The notes below the pieces were generated by a model that was not told the origin of the DNA, made no database searches, and saw nothing but the letters and a program-made list of their open reading frames with translations. Of a stretch of 59,780 nt of DNA, positions 7,479-17,242 are shown one piece after another (positions within the stretch are counted from its first letter, which is position 1; each line of letters begins with the position of its first letter). The position numbers were made by a program, and so were the translations under genes. This stretch comes from an uncultured Holosporaceae bacterium. GTDB taxonomy: Bacteria > Pseudomonadota > Alphaproteobacteria > UBA3830. The DNA lies in assembly GCA_964510175.1 (NCBI GenBank), contig CAZEAT010000001.1, positions 1-59,780 on the forward strand, read 5' to 3'.

Positions 7479-8531
7479 ATGAATGAGATTAGCGTAGTAG
7501 TAAACCAGAAACCGGGTACAATTTCCTGGAATTTTGAGGAAATCAAGAAACGTCTGAATGAGGAGCTGGAGGTATACCAGAAAACAGCCTATACGGATGA
7601 TACTATCAAGACCGCAAAGGGTGATGTTGCTGATCTCCGGAAATTGGCAAAAGCCATTGAGGATAGGAGAAAAGAAGTAAAAGAAAAGTGCCTGGAACCT
7701 TATGCACCTATCGAGGCACAGGCGAAAGAGCTTATTGACCTGATAGAGAAGCCGATCCAGGCTATCAACGATCAGGTCAAAGACTATGAAAAACGCCGTA
7801 AAGAAAAGGCCAGGGCTGAAATCAATGCCTACTGGACGCAGAAAGCGGAAAAGCTCCCGGAGGATATACGGGAAAAGGCGAAAAAGGCTATCTATGATGA
7901 CCGGTGGGAAAATGCAACAGCTACAAAAAAGAGCTGGAGGGAGGGCATTGAAAACGGCATTCAGAAAATCCTGGATGAAATCGGCACAATCAAATCTTTT
8001 GCCAGTGAATTTGAGGAGGATATGCTGACCGTATACAAGATTGATCTTTCTCTCCAGAAAGCTATCCAGAAAATGAATGAGCTGAACGCTCAAAAGGAAA
8101 GGATTCTGGAGCAGGAGAGGAAACGCCGGGAAGCTGAGGAGGCAGAACGGAAACGCCAGGAGGAGGAAAAACAGCGCCGGGAGGAATTGGCGAGACAGAA
8201 AGCCCAGGAAGAACAGCAGCAGACCGAAACTCCGAAAATTCCGGAAAAGCAGAGCTTTGTTCCCGTAGGCGGTATACCTACCGGAAGAATCCCACAGCCA
8301 CAGGCGGCGGCTCAAATGGGACACCAGGGGACGCCCGTAAACAGTGGGATTTCTGGAGGATATGTACCACACCCGGAGGAACCGGTAAAAATGGGACAGA
8401 ATCCGGAACCGGCAACAAAGGCATATCCCAACGGAGAAATGCGTACAGTCCGCATTCTGGGGACAAAGGAGCAGATCACAAAGATTTTAAACTATATCCG
8501 GTTTACCGGAGCGACTTACGAGGAGGTATAG
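7479..8531 (+). CDS. DUF1351-like phage protein (RecT-associated)
   Basis: N-terminal sequence (ISVVVNQKPGTISWNFEEIKKRL..YTDDTIKTAKGDVADLRKL) and its position next to recT. Confidence 0.55.
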   Translation: MNEISVVVNQKPGTISWNFEEIKKRLNEELEVYQKTAYTDDTIKTAKGDVADLRKLAKAIEDRRKEVKEKCLEPYAPIEAQAKELIDLIEKPIQAINDQVKDYEKRRKEKARAEINAYWTQKAEKLPEDIREKAKKAIYDDRWENATATKKSWREGIENGIQKILDEIGTIKSFASEFEEDMLTVYKIDLSLQKAIQKMNELNAQKERILEQERKRREAEEAERKRQEEEKQRREELARQKAQEEQQQTETPKIPEKQSFVPVGGIPTGRIPQPQAAAQMGHQGTPVNSGISGGYVPHPEEPVKMGQNPEPATKAYPNGEMRTVRILGTKEQITKILNYIRFTGATYEEV

Positions 8532-8534
8532 AGC

Positions 8535-9365
8535 ATGAAGTTGACAGCAGAGAATTATTATTCGCAGGAGGCAAATTTTGAGTATATGTCCGTTTCACAG
8601 TTCAAGGATTTTGCCGGAACCTATGGACAGGTAAGGTGTGAAGCCCTGGCAATGGCGAAACTCCGGGGAGAATACCAGGAGGAGAAAACAACCGCTTTGT
8701 TGGTTGGAAGCTATGTAGATGCTCATTTTGAGGGCACTCTGGATAAATTCAAAATGGAGAATCCGGAGATATTCACCAAAACATCACAGAAGAAATACCC
8801 GGATGATCCGGAAAAGTGGGAGCTTCTGTCAGATTATAAACAGGCAAACAATATTATTGCCAGAATAGAGCGTGACGAGTTCTTTATGGCTCATATGTCC
8901 GGAGAAAAACAGGTTATCATGACCGGTGAGTTGTTCGGGCTTCCCTGGAAGATAAAAATTGATTCATACCTGGAGGGTGTTGCAATCGTAGATTTAAAGG
9001 TCATGGCATCCCTGACAAAACATGAATGGGTGAGAGATATAGGTTATCTGGATTTTGTACGGTATTGGGGCTATGACATTCAGGCTGCGGTATATCAGGA
9101 GATCGTGTACCAGAATACCGGAAAGCGGCTTCCTTTCTACATTGCCGGTGCCAGCAAAGAAAAGGCTACCAACATTAAGATTGTCCATGTCCAGGACAAT
9201 TATTTGCAGGAAGCATTGAACATTGTTAAATACAACATCGAGAGGGTAAAACAGGTCAAGTATGGTGAGGTTGCCCCTGACAGATGCGGAAATTGTGACT
9301 ACTGCCGGGAAACAGAGGTATTGACTGCCCCTATTACGATTGCTGATCTGGTGGCTGACATTTGA
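8535..9365 (+). CDS. PD-(D/E)XK exonuclease (RecE/Cas4-like partner of RecT)
   Basis: KIDSY..IVDLK nuclease motif and a C-terminal Cys cluster (CGNCDYC). Confidence 0.7.
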   Translation: MKLTAENYYSQEANFEYMSVSQFKDFAGTYGQVRCEALAMAKLRGEYQEEKTTALLVGSYVDAHFEGTLDKFKMENPEIFTKTSQKKYPDDPEKWELLSDYKQANNIIARIERDEFFMAHMSGEKQVIMTGELFGLPWKIKIDSYLEGVAIVDLKVMASLTKHEWVRDIGYLDFVRYWGYDIQAAVYQEIVYQNTGKRLPFYIAGASKEKATNIKIVHVQDNYLQEALNIVKYNIERVKQVKYGEVAPDRCGNCDYCRETEVLTAPITIADLVADI

Positions 9366-9401
9366 TGATTTTAAGATTTTGCGGAATGGTGGTGGGAACG
9401 A

Positions 9402-10223
9402 ATGGCATGGATCAGCGTAGACCAAAAGCTGATAGGTGGAAAATTAAGAAGTCTATATAAGGCGATTGGATGCTCACAGAATGAGGCCATTGGTATTCTA
9501 ATCACTCTATGGCTCTGGGGCATTGATAACGCCGAAATGGACGGATTGATCGTAAGTGCAGACCGGAGCGACATTGCCGGAGTTCTGCAGACCGGGCTTT
9601 CCTCTACTCTGGAGGCTGAAAGTGTGGTGGAGAGCCTGATAGATTCCGGATGGATAGATGATGTTGGAGGTCAACTGTACCTGCATGATTGGGAAGATTG
9701 GAGGTCTTACTATAACAGGTACATCAAAGAGAAAGAGGGTAATGCAAAGAGGCAGTCAAAATATAAGGCACGGAAAAGAATGGAAAAGGAAGAAAACGGA
9801 AGAAATAACGTTACTGGTGATGTGACGGGTAACGTTACCGAAAACGGTCAAGATCAGGGAGAACAGCTAGAGAATCCGGAACAATCTGGAGGAAAGACGG
9901 AAAGTAAGTACGGTCCGGAGTTTGAGGAGTTCTGGAAGATATACCCCCGGAAAGTGGATAAAGGCCAGGCTTATAAAACATATAAAGCCAGGATAAATGA
10001 CGGTTTTTCTCCGGATGATTTGAAAGCAGCAGCAGAGGCGTACCGGAGGCAATGCGAGAGGGAACACACGGAGCAGAAATATATCAAACATGCAAAGACG
10101 TTCCTGGGGACAAATCTTTCTTTTACCGAGTACATCCCGAAAAAGACAGAGGCAGACCAACAGCAGCCGGGAGGAGTAACTACCGGCCAAGACGCAAATC
10201 CATTCAGGAGAGGAGGCCAGTGA
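9402..10223 (+). CDS. phage replisome organizer / DnaD-like protein
   Basis: N-terminal replisome-organizer-like region (WISVDQKLIGGKL..ILITLWLWG) plus a C-terminal FEEFWKIYPRK..KAR segment. Sits upstream of the DnaC-like ATPase. Confidence 0.6.
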   Translation: MAWISVDQKLIGGKLRSLYKAIGCSQNEAIGILITLWLWGIDNAEMDGLIVSADRSDIAGVLQTGLSSTLEAESVVESLIDSGWIDDVGGQLYLHDWEDWRSYYNRYIKEKEGNAKRQSKYKARKRMEKEENGRNNVTGDVTGNVTENGQDQGEQLENPEQSGGKTESKYGPEFEEFWKIYPRKVDKGQAYKTYKARINDGFSPDDLKAAAEAYRRQCEREHTEQKYIKHAKTFLGTNLSFTEYIPKKTEADQQQPGGVTTGQDANPFRRGGQ

Positions 10224-10224
10224 T

Positions 10225-11094
10225 ATGTCAGATATGAAAGAGGCGGCAGGTTCCGCGCTGGATCATATCATCCAGGAAACGGCAAAAGAACTGGAGGACG
10301 GGGACTATATAGGTGAGAATGGACTGATCTATTGCGGAAAATGCAACACCCACAAAGAGCGGATCATTGACCTACCGGAAAGCCTTTACGGTCCAGGGCA
10401 AAAGCGGAAAGTACATTGCATGTGTAAATGTGAGCAGGAAGCCCAGGAACGCCGGAAGAAAAAAGAACAGTATGAGGAGGAAATGGCAAGGATCAGGCAG
10501 ATGCGAGACGCCTCACTGATGGATTCTAAGTACCGGGAAGCCACATTCTCCAATTACCGGATTTTTGAGCAGAATAGAAAGGCTTTCAGGATTGCAAGGA
10601 AGTATACAGACCAGTTTCCGGAAATGCTGGAGAGAAACCAGGGGATCATCTTCTATGGTCCGGTAGGCACAGGAAAGAGCTTCACATCGGCATGTATCGC
10701 AAATGAGCTACTGGATAAAAAGGTATCTGTTATCATGACTTCTTTCGTGAAGATACTGCAGAACATCCAGACACAGGATGAAGCGGCATACATATCCATG
10801 CTGAATAGTGCAAAGCTCCTGATCCTGGATGATCTGGGGACGGAACGCAATACAGATTATGCACTTGAAAAGGTCTATAACATCATAGACAGTCGCTCCA
10901 GGGCGTCAAAGCCTATGGTATTGACAACAAACCTGATCTTATCGGAAATGTTGGAAGCGGAAGATATTCGTTATAAACGTATTTATGATCGTATCTTTGA
11001 AACCTGTTTCCCGGTGGAGATTCCAGGAGAGTCTTTTCGGAGGAAAGAAGCAGAGCAGAGGTTTGATACAATGAGTAAATTTATGGAGGGTTGA
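10225..11094 (+). CDS. DnaC/IstB-like AAA+ helicase-loader ATPase
   Basis: Walker A GPVGTGKSF and Walker B LLILDDLG. Confidence 0.8.
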   Translation: MSDMKEAAGSALDHIIQETAKELEDGDYIGENGLIYCGKCNTHKERIIDLPESLYGPGQKRKVHCMCKCEQEAQERRKKKEQYEEEMARIRQMRDASLMDSKYREATFSNYRIFEQNRKAFRIARKYTDQFPEMLERNQGIIFYGPVGTGKSFTSACIANELLDKKVSVIMTSFVKILQNIQTQDEAAYISMLNSAKLLILDDLGTERNTDYALEKVYNIIDSRSRASKPMVLTTNLILSEMLEAEDIRYKRIYDRIFETCFPVEIPGESFRRKEAEQRFDTMSKFMEG

Positions 11095-11498
11095 ATATTT
11101 TGGAGGAGAAAATCAGAGCAAACATTAAGAAATTTAGGGAGGAGGCCGGGCTGACACAGAAAGCACTTGCTGACCGGATCGGGAAATCAGAGAGCGCAAT
11201 CCAGGCATACGAGAGCGGAAAGACAGATATTCCTTTAAGCGGATTGGTGGCTATCCTGAAAGCGTTGAAAATTTCCCTGGCAGACCTGGAGAGAGGGAGC
11301 CGGGAAGACGCACAGGAGAGTAAACCGGTTGAAATTCTGATATACAATCAGGACGATAGACTGAATACAGCCGCTATCCTGATAAAGAACGGATATACAG
11401 TAGAACAGGGGAAACGGCAGCGGACACAGACCGGGAAAGCCCTGGACTACTTTTTGAGAATCAGGAAATATTCTGAAACCGCTGATACAAGCAGATAG
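11091..11498 (+). CDS. XRE-family HTH protein
   Basis: HTH (REEAGLTQKALADRIGKSESAIQAYESG). TTG start overlaps the upstream stop (TTGA). Confidence 0.6.
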   Translation: MNILEEKIRANIKKFREEAGLTQKALADRIGKSESAIQAYESGKTDIPLSGLVAILKALKISLADLERGSREDAQESKPVEILIYNQDDRLNTAAILIKNGYTVEQGKRQRTQTGKALDYFLRIRKYSETADTSR

Positions 11499-11507
11499 GA
11501 GGACTAC

Positions 11508-11651
11508 ATGAGTAAATCAAGGTATTCCAAAACAAAAGCAGCAGGAGAGGCGGTAGGACTGACCCGGTACGGGAAGCAGTTCAACCAGAAACCGAACCTG
11601 GTACCTATGAAAAACCGGCAGAGACGGAGAATGGAGAGCAGAGGGAGGTAA
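11508..11651 (+). CDS. hypothetical small basic protein (47 aa)
   Basis: ATG after AGGAGGA; fills an otherwise empty 150-nt gap. Confidence 0.3.
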   Translation: MSKSRYSKTKAAGEAVGLTRYGKQFNQKPNLVPMKNRQRRRMESRGR

Positions 11652-11654
11652 GAT

Positions 11655-11840
11655 ATGCAGACATATTACAAGCTGAAAGTCCTTTTTGACTACGTTATCC
11701 CGTTAGGGATTCTGGCGGCTGTAATCTTGTTTTGGGTAATCTACATTGCATATATCTTTATCCGGGAAAAAATAAGAAAGCGTAGGAGGGAAAAGAAAGG
11801 TGAGATACAGAACAAAACAGGGAAATACGATAACGGTTGA
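11655..11840 (+). CDS. small membrane protein, hypothetical
   Basis: One TM segment followed by a basic tail; SD GGGAGG. Confidence 0.45.
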   Translation: MQTYYKLKVLFDYVIPLGILAAVILFWVIYIAYIFIREKIRKRRREKKGEIQNKTGKYDNG

Positions 11841-12267
11841 TGCTTTTGAATACAAAGGGGAGTTGTCTATTCCTGCCTGTGACAAAGATATTGATGAAAG
11901 TAAACATACACCGGAATGGGTTGCAACGGCTTTCATATCCGGAAATCTCTATCTGGAGGATGGAGAGAGGCAGCTTTGGTTAAAAATGAATGGAGTAGTA
12001 GTTCCGGTGCCGGTAGGCTCTTTCATAGTCCGGAAAGAAAATGGAGAAATAGTCATGTGTCCCGGATGGATATTCAAAAAGAGTTTTGAACCGGAAATTG
12101 TGGGAGCTGATAGAGCCGCCAAGAATTGGGAGTTTGAAAAGGCGGTGAAGCCTATCCATGATTGGATTTGTAAATACGGCGATCCTTATACGGCTGTTGT
12201 GGTGATGCAGGACAGGGCAACGGTCCACCAGGAATACATGACAACTCCGCTTCCGGTTCCGGATTGA
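11800..12267 (+). CDS. hypothetical protein
   Basis: GTG start 9 nt after AGGAGGG; 155 aa. Confidence 0.45.
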   Translation: MRYRTKQGNTITVDAFEYKGELSIPACDKDIDESKHTPEWVATAFISGNLYLEDGERQLWLKMNGVVVPVPVGSFIVRKENGEIVMCPGWIFKKSFEPEIVGADRAAKNWEFEKAVKPIHDWICKYGDPYTAVVVMQDRATVHQEYMTTPLPVPD

Positions 12268-12278
12268 GGGGTGAGGAT

Positions 12279-12713
12279 ATGGCGGTAAAATTTACGGTTC
12301 TGGGAGAACCAAAAGGGAAAGGCAGACCCAGGTTTATTCCCCAGACAGGCAGAGCGATCACCCCAAAAGATACGGCAAATTATGAAACACTGGTTCGCAT
12401 GGAATACATGGCACAATGCCAGGGCTTTAAATTTCCAGATGGAACCATGCTGGATATGCGGATATTGGCTTTTTACAGCATTCCAAAGAGCGCAAGCAAG
12501 AAGAATAAGGAGCTGATGAAAAAACAGCTCCTACGGCCTACAAAGAAGCCAGACATGGATAATGTGGTTAAGATCATAGCCGACAGTTTGAACCAGGTAG
12601 CGTATAGGGATGATACCCAGATAGTGGACTGCCAGTGCAGGAAATTCTACTCTGAAAATCCCAGGGTGGAAGTAATCATACAGGAGGTAAAAACGGATGG
12701 CAACAAGCAATGA
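12279..12713 (+). CDS. rusA: RusA-family Holliday junction resolvase
   Basis: FTVLGEPKGKGRPRF and KKPDMDNVVKIIADSLNQVAYRDDTQIV motifs. Confidence 0.8.
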   Translation: MAVKFTVLGEPKGKGRPRFIPQTGRAITPKDTANYETLVRMEYMAQCQGFKFPDGTMLDMRILAFYSIPKSASKKNKELMKKQLLRPTKKPDMDNVVKIIADSLNQVAYRDDTQIVDCQCRKFYSENPRVEVIIQEVKTDGNKQ

Positions 12714-13170
12714 GGAAAGGGGTATTTTCAGAACGGGCTTAACGGCTGAACGGGCGATATTTCCCGAAATGCCTATGACATATCTGGAAATGCTTTCGCT
12801 GGTACCTATTGACATTTTGAAACCGAATCACCCGAAACATAAAAAAGTTGTCGGATTGATCCAGGCAATGGCTAGACACCTGGAGGATGCCCGGACGGTT
12901 TCTAAGATGCCGGCGAGTCAGTATTCAAAAGGTTTCTCAAAAGAGGAGGAACCGGCAAAGGTAGCATTCCGGATCACCGGAATACAGCAGCAAATGTCAG
13001 CAGTACGGTTCCGGCTGGATATTCACGATTATAGAGGGAACCTGGAAAGAGATATTCTGCAGGACAGATTGTATGAGCTTTACTACCAGGCAAAGGAAAT
13101 TGATCCGGAGGGAACCGCACGTTTTGAGCGGATGATTGATAAAAGAATGAGGAAAGCGAGGAGAGTTTAA
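12697..13170 (+). CDS. hypothetical protein
   Basis: In-operon ORF that overlaps its neighbours. Confidence 0.45.
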   Translation: MATSNEERGIFRTGLTAERAIFPEMPMTYLEMLSLVPIDILKPNHPKHKKVVGLIQAMARHLEDARTVSKMPASQYSKGFSKEEEPAKVAFRITGIQQQMSAVRFRLDIHDYRGNLERDILQDRLYELYYQAKEIDPEGTARFERMIDKRMRKARRV

Positions 13171-13847
13171 TGAGCGAGATTAGCAAACAGGAAAGAGAAG
13201 CAATGATTGAAGTTTTTGAGGGGCATCTTTCACGGGTACAGAGGGAGGGAGTGGATCGGCTCCTGGACTACATCCGGAAAAGCGATTTTTACACGGCGCC
13301 GGCATCCACAAAGTATCACAGTTCCATTGAGGGAGGGCTTCTGTATCACAGCCTCCAGGTTTATGAATGTCTGGATAAAAAGACCAGCGGATCAGAGTAC
13401 AACATATGGAGAGAGCAGCTTGACAGTGACAAGGTTGACGCAGATAGCATTATCATTGTCGGATTGCTTCATGACATATGCAAGACCTATTTCTATGGTT
13501 CGGAGCTGAGAAACCAGAAAACCTATGATCCGGATAAGGTGGCAACCGCTGAAAGATGGCAGGTGAAACATGATAACAACGGTGATTTTATCTGGGAAAC
13601 GGTCCCGGTTTATACGGTGGATGATAAGATTCCCTACGGACACGGCGAAAAGTCCGTAATGATGATTGAGGAATATATCAAGCTGAAACCGGTGGAGAGA
13701 TATGCTATCCGCTGGCACATGGGATTCACAGAGCCTAAAGAGAGTTGGAACACCCTGAAAGAAGCGATCAAGAAATACCCTCTTGTGCTGGCAATGATAG
13801 AGGCAGACCTGGAAGCGACCTTTATCACAGAGGGCTACGATGAATAG
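13170..13847 (+). CDS. HD-domain phosphohydrolase
   Basis: H..(LLHD) metal-binding motif (YHSSIEGGLLYHSLQV..VGLLHDICK). Confidence 0.7.
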   Translation: MSEISKQEREAMIEVFEGHLSRVQREGVDRLLDYIRKSDFYTAPASTKYHSSIEGGLLYHSLQVYECLDKKTSGSEYNIWREQLDSDKVDADSIIIVGLLHDICKTYFYGSELRNQKTYDPDKVATAERWQVKHDNNGDFIWETVPVYTVDDKIPYGHGEKSVMMIEEYIKLKPVERYAIRWHMGFTEPKESWNTLKEAIKKYPLVLAMIEADLEATFITEGYDE

Positions 13848-14088
13848 CGAAAAAAAGCCGGTTTCAAATCTGGAGTTTTTGATTGAGTCCGGTGTTCTTC
13901 CAAAAGATACTACCCTGGATGATGCTGTTTTCACCCTGACCGATCCTTTGAATTGTGTGGAGTGCATAGCTTTAGAACAATGTGCAGACCGGTACGGAAC
14001 AAAGGTAGGAGAGGCAACCGAAGCGGACTGCCTGGAGGTAGTAAATGCGTTTTTAAATCAAGACCATAAGGAGGAGAGCAAGAAATGA
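13840..14088 (+). CDS. hypothetical protein
   Basis: In-operon ORF of 82 aa. Confidence 0.4.
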   Translation: MNSEKKPVSNLEFLIESGVLPKDTTLDDAVFTLTDPLNCVECIALEQCADRYGTKVGEATEADCLEVVNAFLNQDHKEESKK

Positions 14089-14783
14089 TAATGGATAATA
14101 TGCAGGAGCTTGTTATCGAGGACGTGACTTTTGAGGAGGCCAGGCAGAATTTCAACCGGGTATTACAGAGGCTTTTCAGGAGTATGCTTGACAGCGGATC
14201 ATCGGAGGGCTCCATTACCTTAAAAGTTGATGTATCTCTGACAAGGGAATACATACCAAACAATGATCCGGATGTTGAGGGAGAGAGTCGGGAAATCCAG
14301 AAACCGAAATTCGATCACAAGGTTTCCTCTACCGTAACAGTCAAAGATGAATTGAAAGGTAATAAAAATCCGGAAATGGAGCTTGTCTGGGATGAAGAAA
14401 AACAGATGTATGTTCTGGCATATATCGCAAATACCGGACAGAGGAGCATTTTTGACAAAGATCAGCCGTGGAATCAGGACGGAAAGCAGCCGGACGGGGA
14501 CGGCCAGGAACGTCTTGAAACCGATCCGGAAAAAACCTGGATGAATACACCGTTGCTTCCGGGAGAAGTAGCTGACGAGACGGCGCTTCCTGGGGAAGTG
14601 CAGAATCCGGATGATAATGTGATTGACGGTTCTTTCCGGGAAGTCGGAGAGGCTGAAAATGAGGCCAGAGAGGACGCAAGCGGAGAAAATACCGGGGAGG
14701 AGCTGCAAACGTCTCCTGGAGGCGATAACGAAGCCGAGAACGATGATTACGGCTACGAGGAGCCAGCGGAACCGGAGGAGTAA
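14085..14783 (+). CDS. hypothetical protein with a strongly acidic C-terminal half
   Basis: ATGA overlap with the upstream gene; D/E-rich tail. Confidence 0.45.
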   Translation: MIMDNMQELVIEDVTFEEARQNFNRVLQRLFRSMLDSGSSEGSITLKVDVSLTREYIPNNDPDVEGESREIQKPKFDHKVSSTVTVKDELKGNKNPEMELVWDEEKQMYVLAYIANTGQRSIFDKDQPWNQDGKQPDGDGQERLETDPEKTWMNTPLLPGEVADETALPGEVQNPDDNVIDGSFREVGEAENEAREDASGENTGEELQTSPGGDNEAENDDYGYEEPAEPEE

Positions 14784-14803
14784 AAAGAGAGGAGGAGCCG
14801 AGA

Positions 14804-15064
14804 ATGGCAGTAGGTGATTTTGGACAGTGTAGAGGGTGCGGTTGCCGCATCCTCTGGATAAGGACTAAGGCAGGAAAGAACATGCCTTGCAATCCTACGT
14901 TGATAAATTACCGGAAAGAAACCGGAGGAAAAGAAAAGATTGTTACCCAGGAGGGAGAGGTTGTTTCCGGGATCACCGGAGTAGATCAGGAGGAGGCTGA
15001 CGGAATAGGGTATATTTCCCATTTCGCAACATGTATCCAGGCAAAGAATTTCAGAAAAAGATAG
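14804..15064 (+). CDS. small Zn-finger-like protein, hypothetical
   Basis: CRGCGC..C motif; SD GAGGAGG. Confidence 0.45.
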   Translation: MAVGDFGQCRGCGCRILWIRTKAGKNMPCNPTLINYRKETGGKEKIVTQEGEVVSGITGVDQEEADGIGYISHFATCIQAKNFRKR

Positions 15065-15078
15065 GAGGAATAGCAAAA

Positions 15079-15582
15079 ATGAACCACGAAAAAATGTGGA
15101 ATGATTTTAAAGGGCATCTTGCCAGGGAAGCTAAGAAGATGGAGAGAGGCGGTCAGTACATATCCATGCACAAAGAACTCCTGGCACATATGGCTGTAAT
15201 GGAGGCAGAGGAGTACGGGAGGGCGTCCGCTGGATGCTGCGGAATGTGTGAACCTGATAAAAACGCCGGCAGGAAAGAATCGGAGAAGAAACCGGATCAG
15301 AACCAGGGAGCAGAGCGGAAGCCGGAAACTGCTGAAATTCTGAAAAAGATTTTCGGGAGTAAGTGTGATTACGCTGACAGCCTGAGAAGCCTGGAAAAGA
15401 AAATGCAAGGCAGAACGGGAGGGATGATTTTTGTGGAGCCCGGAGTTGAATTTACGGATGAAATTCTGAAAGATGCAAAGGCTAGAGGAATCAGTCTTGC
15501 ACATGCCTCTATCCAGGAGATTCACATGGAATCATCCGAGTTGCCGTTTCCTCCATTCCTGAACGGGGGACGGTTCGCATAA
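15079..15582 (+). CDS. hypothetical protein
   Basis: ATG 15079 after TAGGAGGAA; the upstream ATG 15031 lacks an SD. Confidence 0.45.
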   Translation: MNHEKMWNDFKGHLAREAKKMERGGQYISMHKELLAHMAVMEAEEYGRASAGCCGMCEPDKNAGRKESEKKPDQNQGAERKPETAEILKKIFGSKCDYADSLRSLEKKMQGRTGGMIFVEPGVEFTDEILKDAKARGISLAHASIQEIHMESSELPFPPFLNGGRFA

Positions 15583-15722
15583 GAGCCAGAAAGAAAACTG
15601 AATAAAAAAACGAGAGTCCAGCTCATACCCACCAAAAGGAACTTGCCGAACTCCACGAAAACGGTAATGCCATTGTATGGCATATTCGAGGAAAAGTCAA
15701 GTAAAAAATGGAGGTATGGGCT

Positions 15723-16313
15723 ATGGCTGGCAAAGGCGGTAAAACATTCAATATATCGGAGAGGCAGTTAGAGGAAATGGTTAAAAAGGCATCCCAGGCA
15801 GGAATTGAGGCTTACAAGAAAGAACACCAGGAAGCCGCAAAGGAAAGGGTGCAGAAACTCCTCTACCGGACAAAGACGCTTCTGGAGAAATACCGGGAGC
15901 TGAAAGCGTATGAAGAAAATGCGGTGTATACCCTGGAAATGGCAGAGGACGCCAACGGGGATATTGCTGATCTGGAGGTTCTGACAAAGTTTGGTATCTT
16001 TGATGATGATAGGACACTCCACAGACTGAAAAGAAGCGTGGTGACGGTGAGCATGGTAATGACACATGTAGATACCATGCTGGAGGTTTACCGGAAAACC
16101 TGCGAAAGCTCCGCATCGGAAGTGAAGCAGAGACAGTACCGGGTAATTGAGCGGTTATATCTTTCTGAAAAGAGGATGAATACAAAAGAGATAGCGGAAC
16201 TGGAGGGGGAGGACATACGCACGATCCAGAATGACGCCAAAGCAGCCAGGGAGGACTTGACAGCCCTTATTTTCGGCTTAGATGGAGTTTTGACAAGAAT
16301 ACTTAGGGAGTAA
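15723..16313 (+). CDS. sigma-70 region-4-like / ArpU-type phage late transcription regulator (putative)
   Basis: C-terminal HTH resembling sigma region 4 (RQYRVIERLYLSEKRMNTKEIAELEGEDIRTIQNDAKAAREDL). Sits at the early/late boundary. Confidence 0.5.
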   Translation: MAGKGGKTFNISERQLEEMVKKASQAGIEAYKKEHQEAAKERVQKLLYRTKTLLEKYRELKAYEENAVYTLEMAEDANGDIADLEVLTKFGIFDDDRTLHRLKRSVVTVSMVMTHVDTMLEVYRKTCESSASEVKQRQYRVIERLYLSEKRMNTKEIAELEGEDIRTIQNDAKAAREDLTALIFGLDGVLTRILRE

Positions 16314-16320
16314 CCGGGGA

Positions 16321-16342
16321 AAGGCTACATAAGGCTATAACG
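16321..16342 (+). promoter_or_regulatory. copy 1 of the AAGGCT-N5/6-AG(C/G)CTATAACG motif
   Basis: AAGGCTACATAAGGCTATAACG, located 8 nt after the regulator's stop codon. Confidence 0.4.
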
Positions 16343-16376
16343 AAGCCACAGGCATATGATTTTCGTTTTTTTTACG

Positions 16377-16406
16377 TTGACATTACATTTTCCCCGATGA
16401 TATAGT
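16377..16406 (+). promoter_or_regulatory. sigmaA-type promoter with extended -10
   Basis: TTGACA (16377-16382), 18 nt ending in TGA, TATAGT (16401-16406). Confidence 0.55.
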
Positions 16407-16636
16407 GTAAGCGGCAAGTACCACTTGCTGGCTGTTGTAATCTGACCCGGTAAACAGATTACGCTATGCTCAATATCCCCTCACGGGAGGAGAGGCAAAC
16501 GCTTCTCCTCTCTGGATAAAAGAGCGGCCAGGCATGATGTACAGCTACTCCTACAAAAAGGAATACCCCCAAGAAAGGGCTATGCAGAGAGCATGGCTCT
16601 TTTATTTTACGCTGAAACCAGAGAGGATGTGAGAGA

Positions 16637-17242
16637 ATGAGCGAAGCAGCAGAAAAGAGTTTACCGGAAGATTTACCGGAAAAGAGAATAGAGGTTCTCA
16701 CCATGAGGGTAGGTGACATTAAGACCGGATTTGGCAATCCCCGGAAGATTGGAAAGAAGAAACGGGAGGAGCTGAAAAGGTCCCTGGAGCAGTTCGGGGA
16801 TTTCGGTATCTTCCTGATTGATGAACAGGACAACGTAATTGCCGGGAACATGCGGCAAGCGATTCTGAATGAAATAAATCCGGATCAGGAAGTCACCTGC
16901 AAACGCCTGATAGGATATACCGAGGCAGAGTTACGGGCAATCAATATCAAAGACAATACCCACGCCGGGGAGTGGGATATGGATTTGCTGGCCGACTGGA
17001 CGGCTGATCTGAATATGGATTTAGGTCTTGACTTGCAGGAGGGAAGCCCAGGAGAGCGGAAGATTAAGGAAATGGAGCTTCTCAACTATGAGAAGTACAA
17101 TTATGTGATGATCGTCTGCAAGAATGAAATGGATTTTAACGAGCTTTCCCGGAGGTTAGGTATTGACGGGGCAAAGGTCAAGATCAATGACAAAAAGAAA
17201 ATTAAAGCAAGGGCGGTGTGGTATCATGAGTCAGGATTGTAA
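16637..17242 (+). CDS. ParB N-terminal-domain (ParB-like nuclease) protein
   Basis: GNPRKI and VIAGNMRQ motifs of the ParB/Srx fold. Confidence 0.65.
   Translation: MSEAAEKSLPEDLPEKRIEVLTMRVGDIKTGFGNPRKIGKKKREELKRSLEQFGDFGIFLIDEQDNVIAGNMRQAILNEINPDQEVTCKRLIGYTEAELRAINIKDNTHAGEWDMDLLADWTADLNMDLGLDLQEGSPGERKIKEMELLNYEKYNYVMIVCKNEMDFNELSRRLGIDGAKVKINDKKKIKARAVWYHESGL

Noticed and set aside
7218-8372. Long minus-strand ORF (384 aa), and the similar antisense ORFs at 24527-25717, 27764-28666, 39404-40207 and 55344-56012
   Set aside because: All are shadows of strongly supported plus-strand genes. They are leucine/phenylalanine-rich low-complexity translations with no SD sequences, and they break the otherwise uniform plus-strand operon structure.
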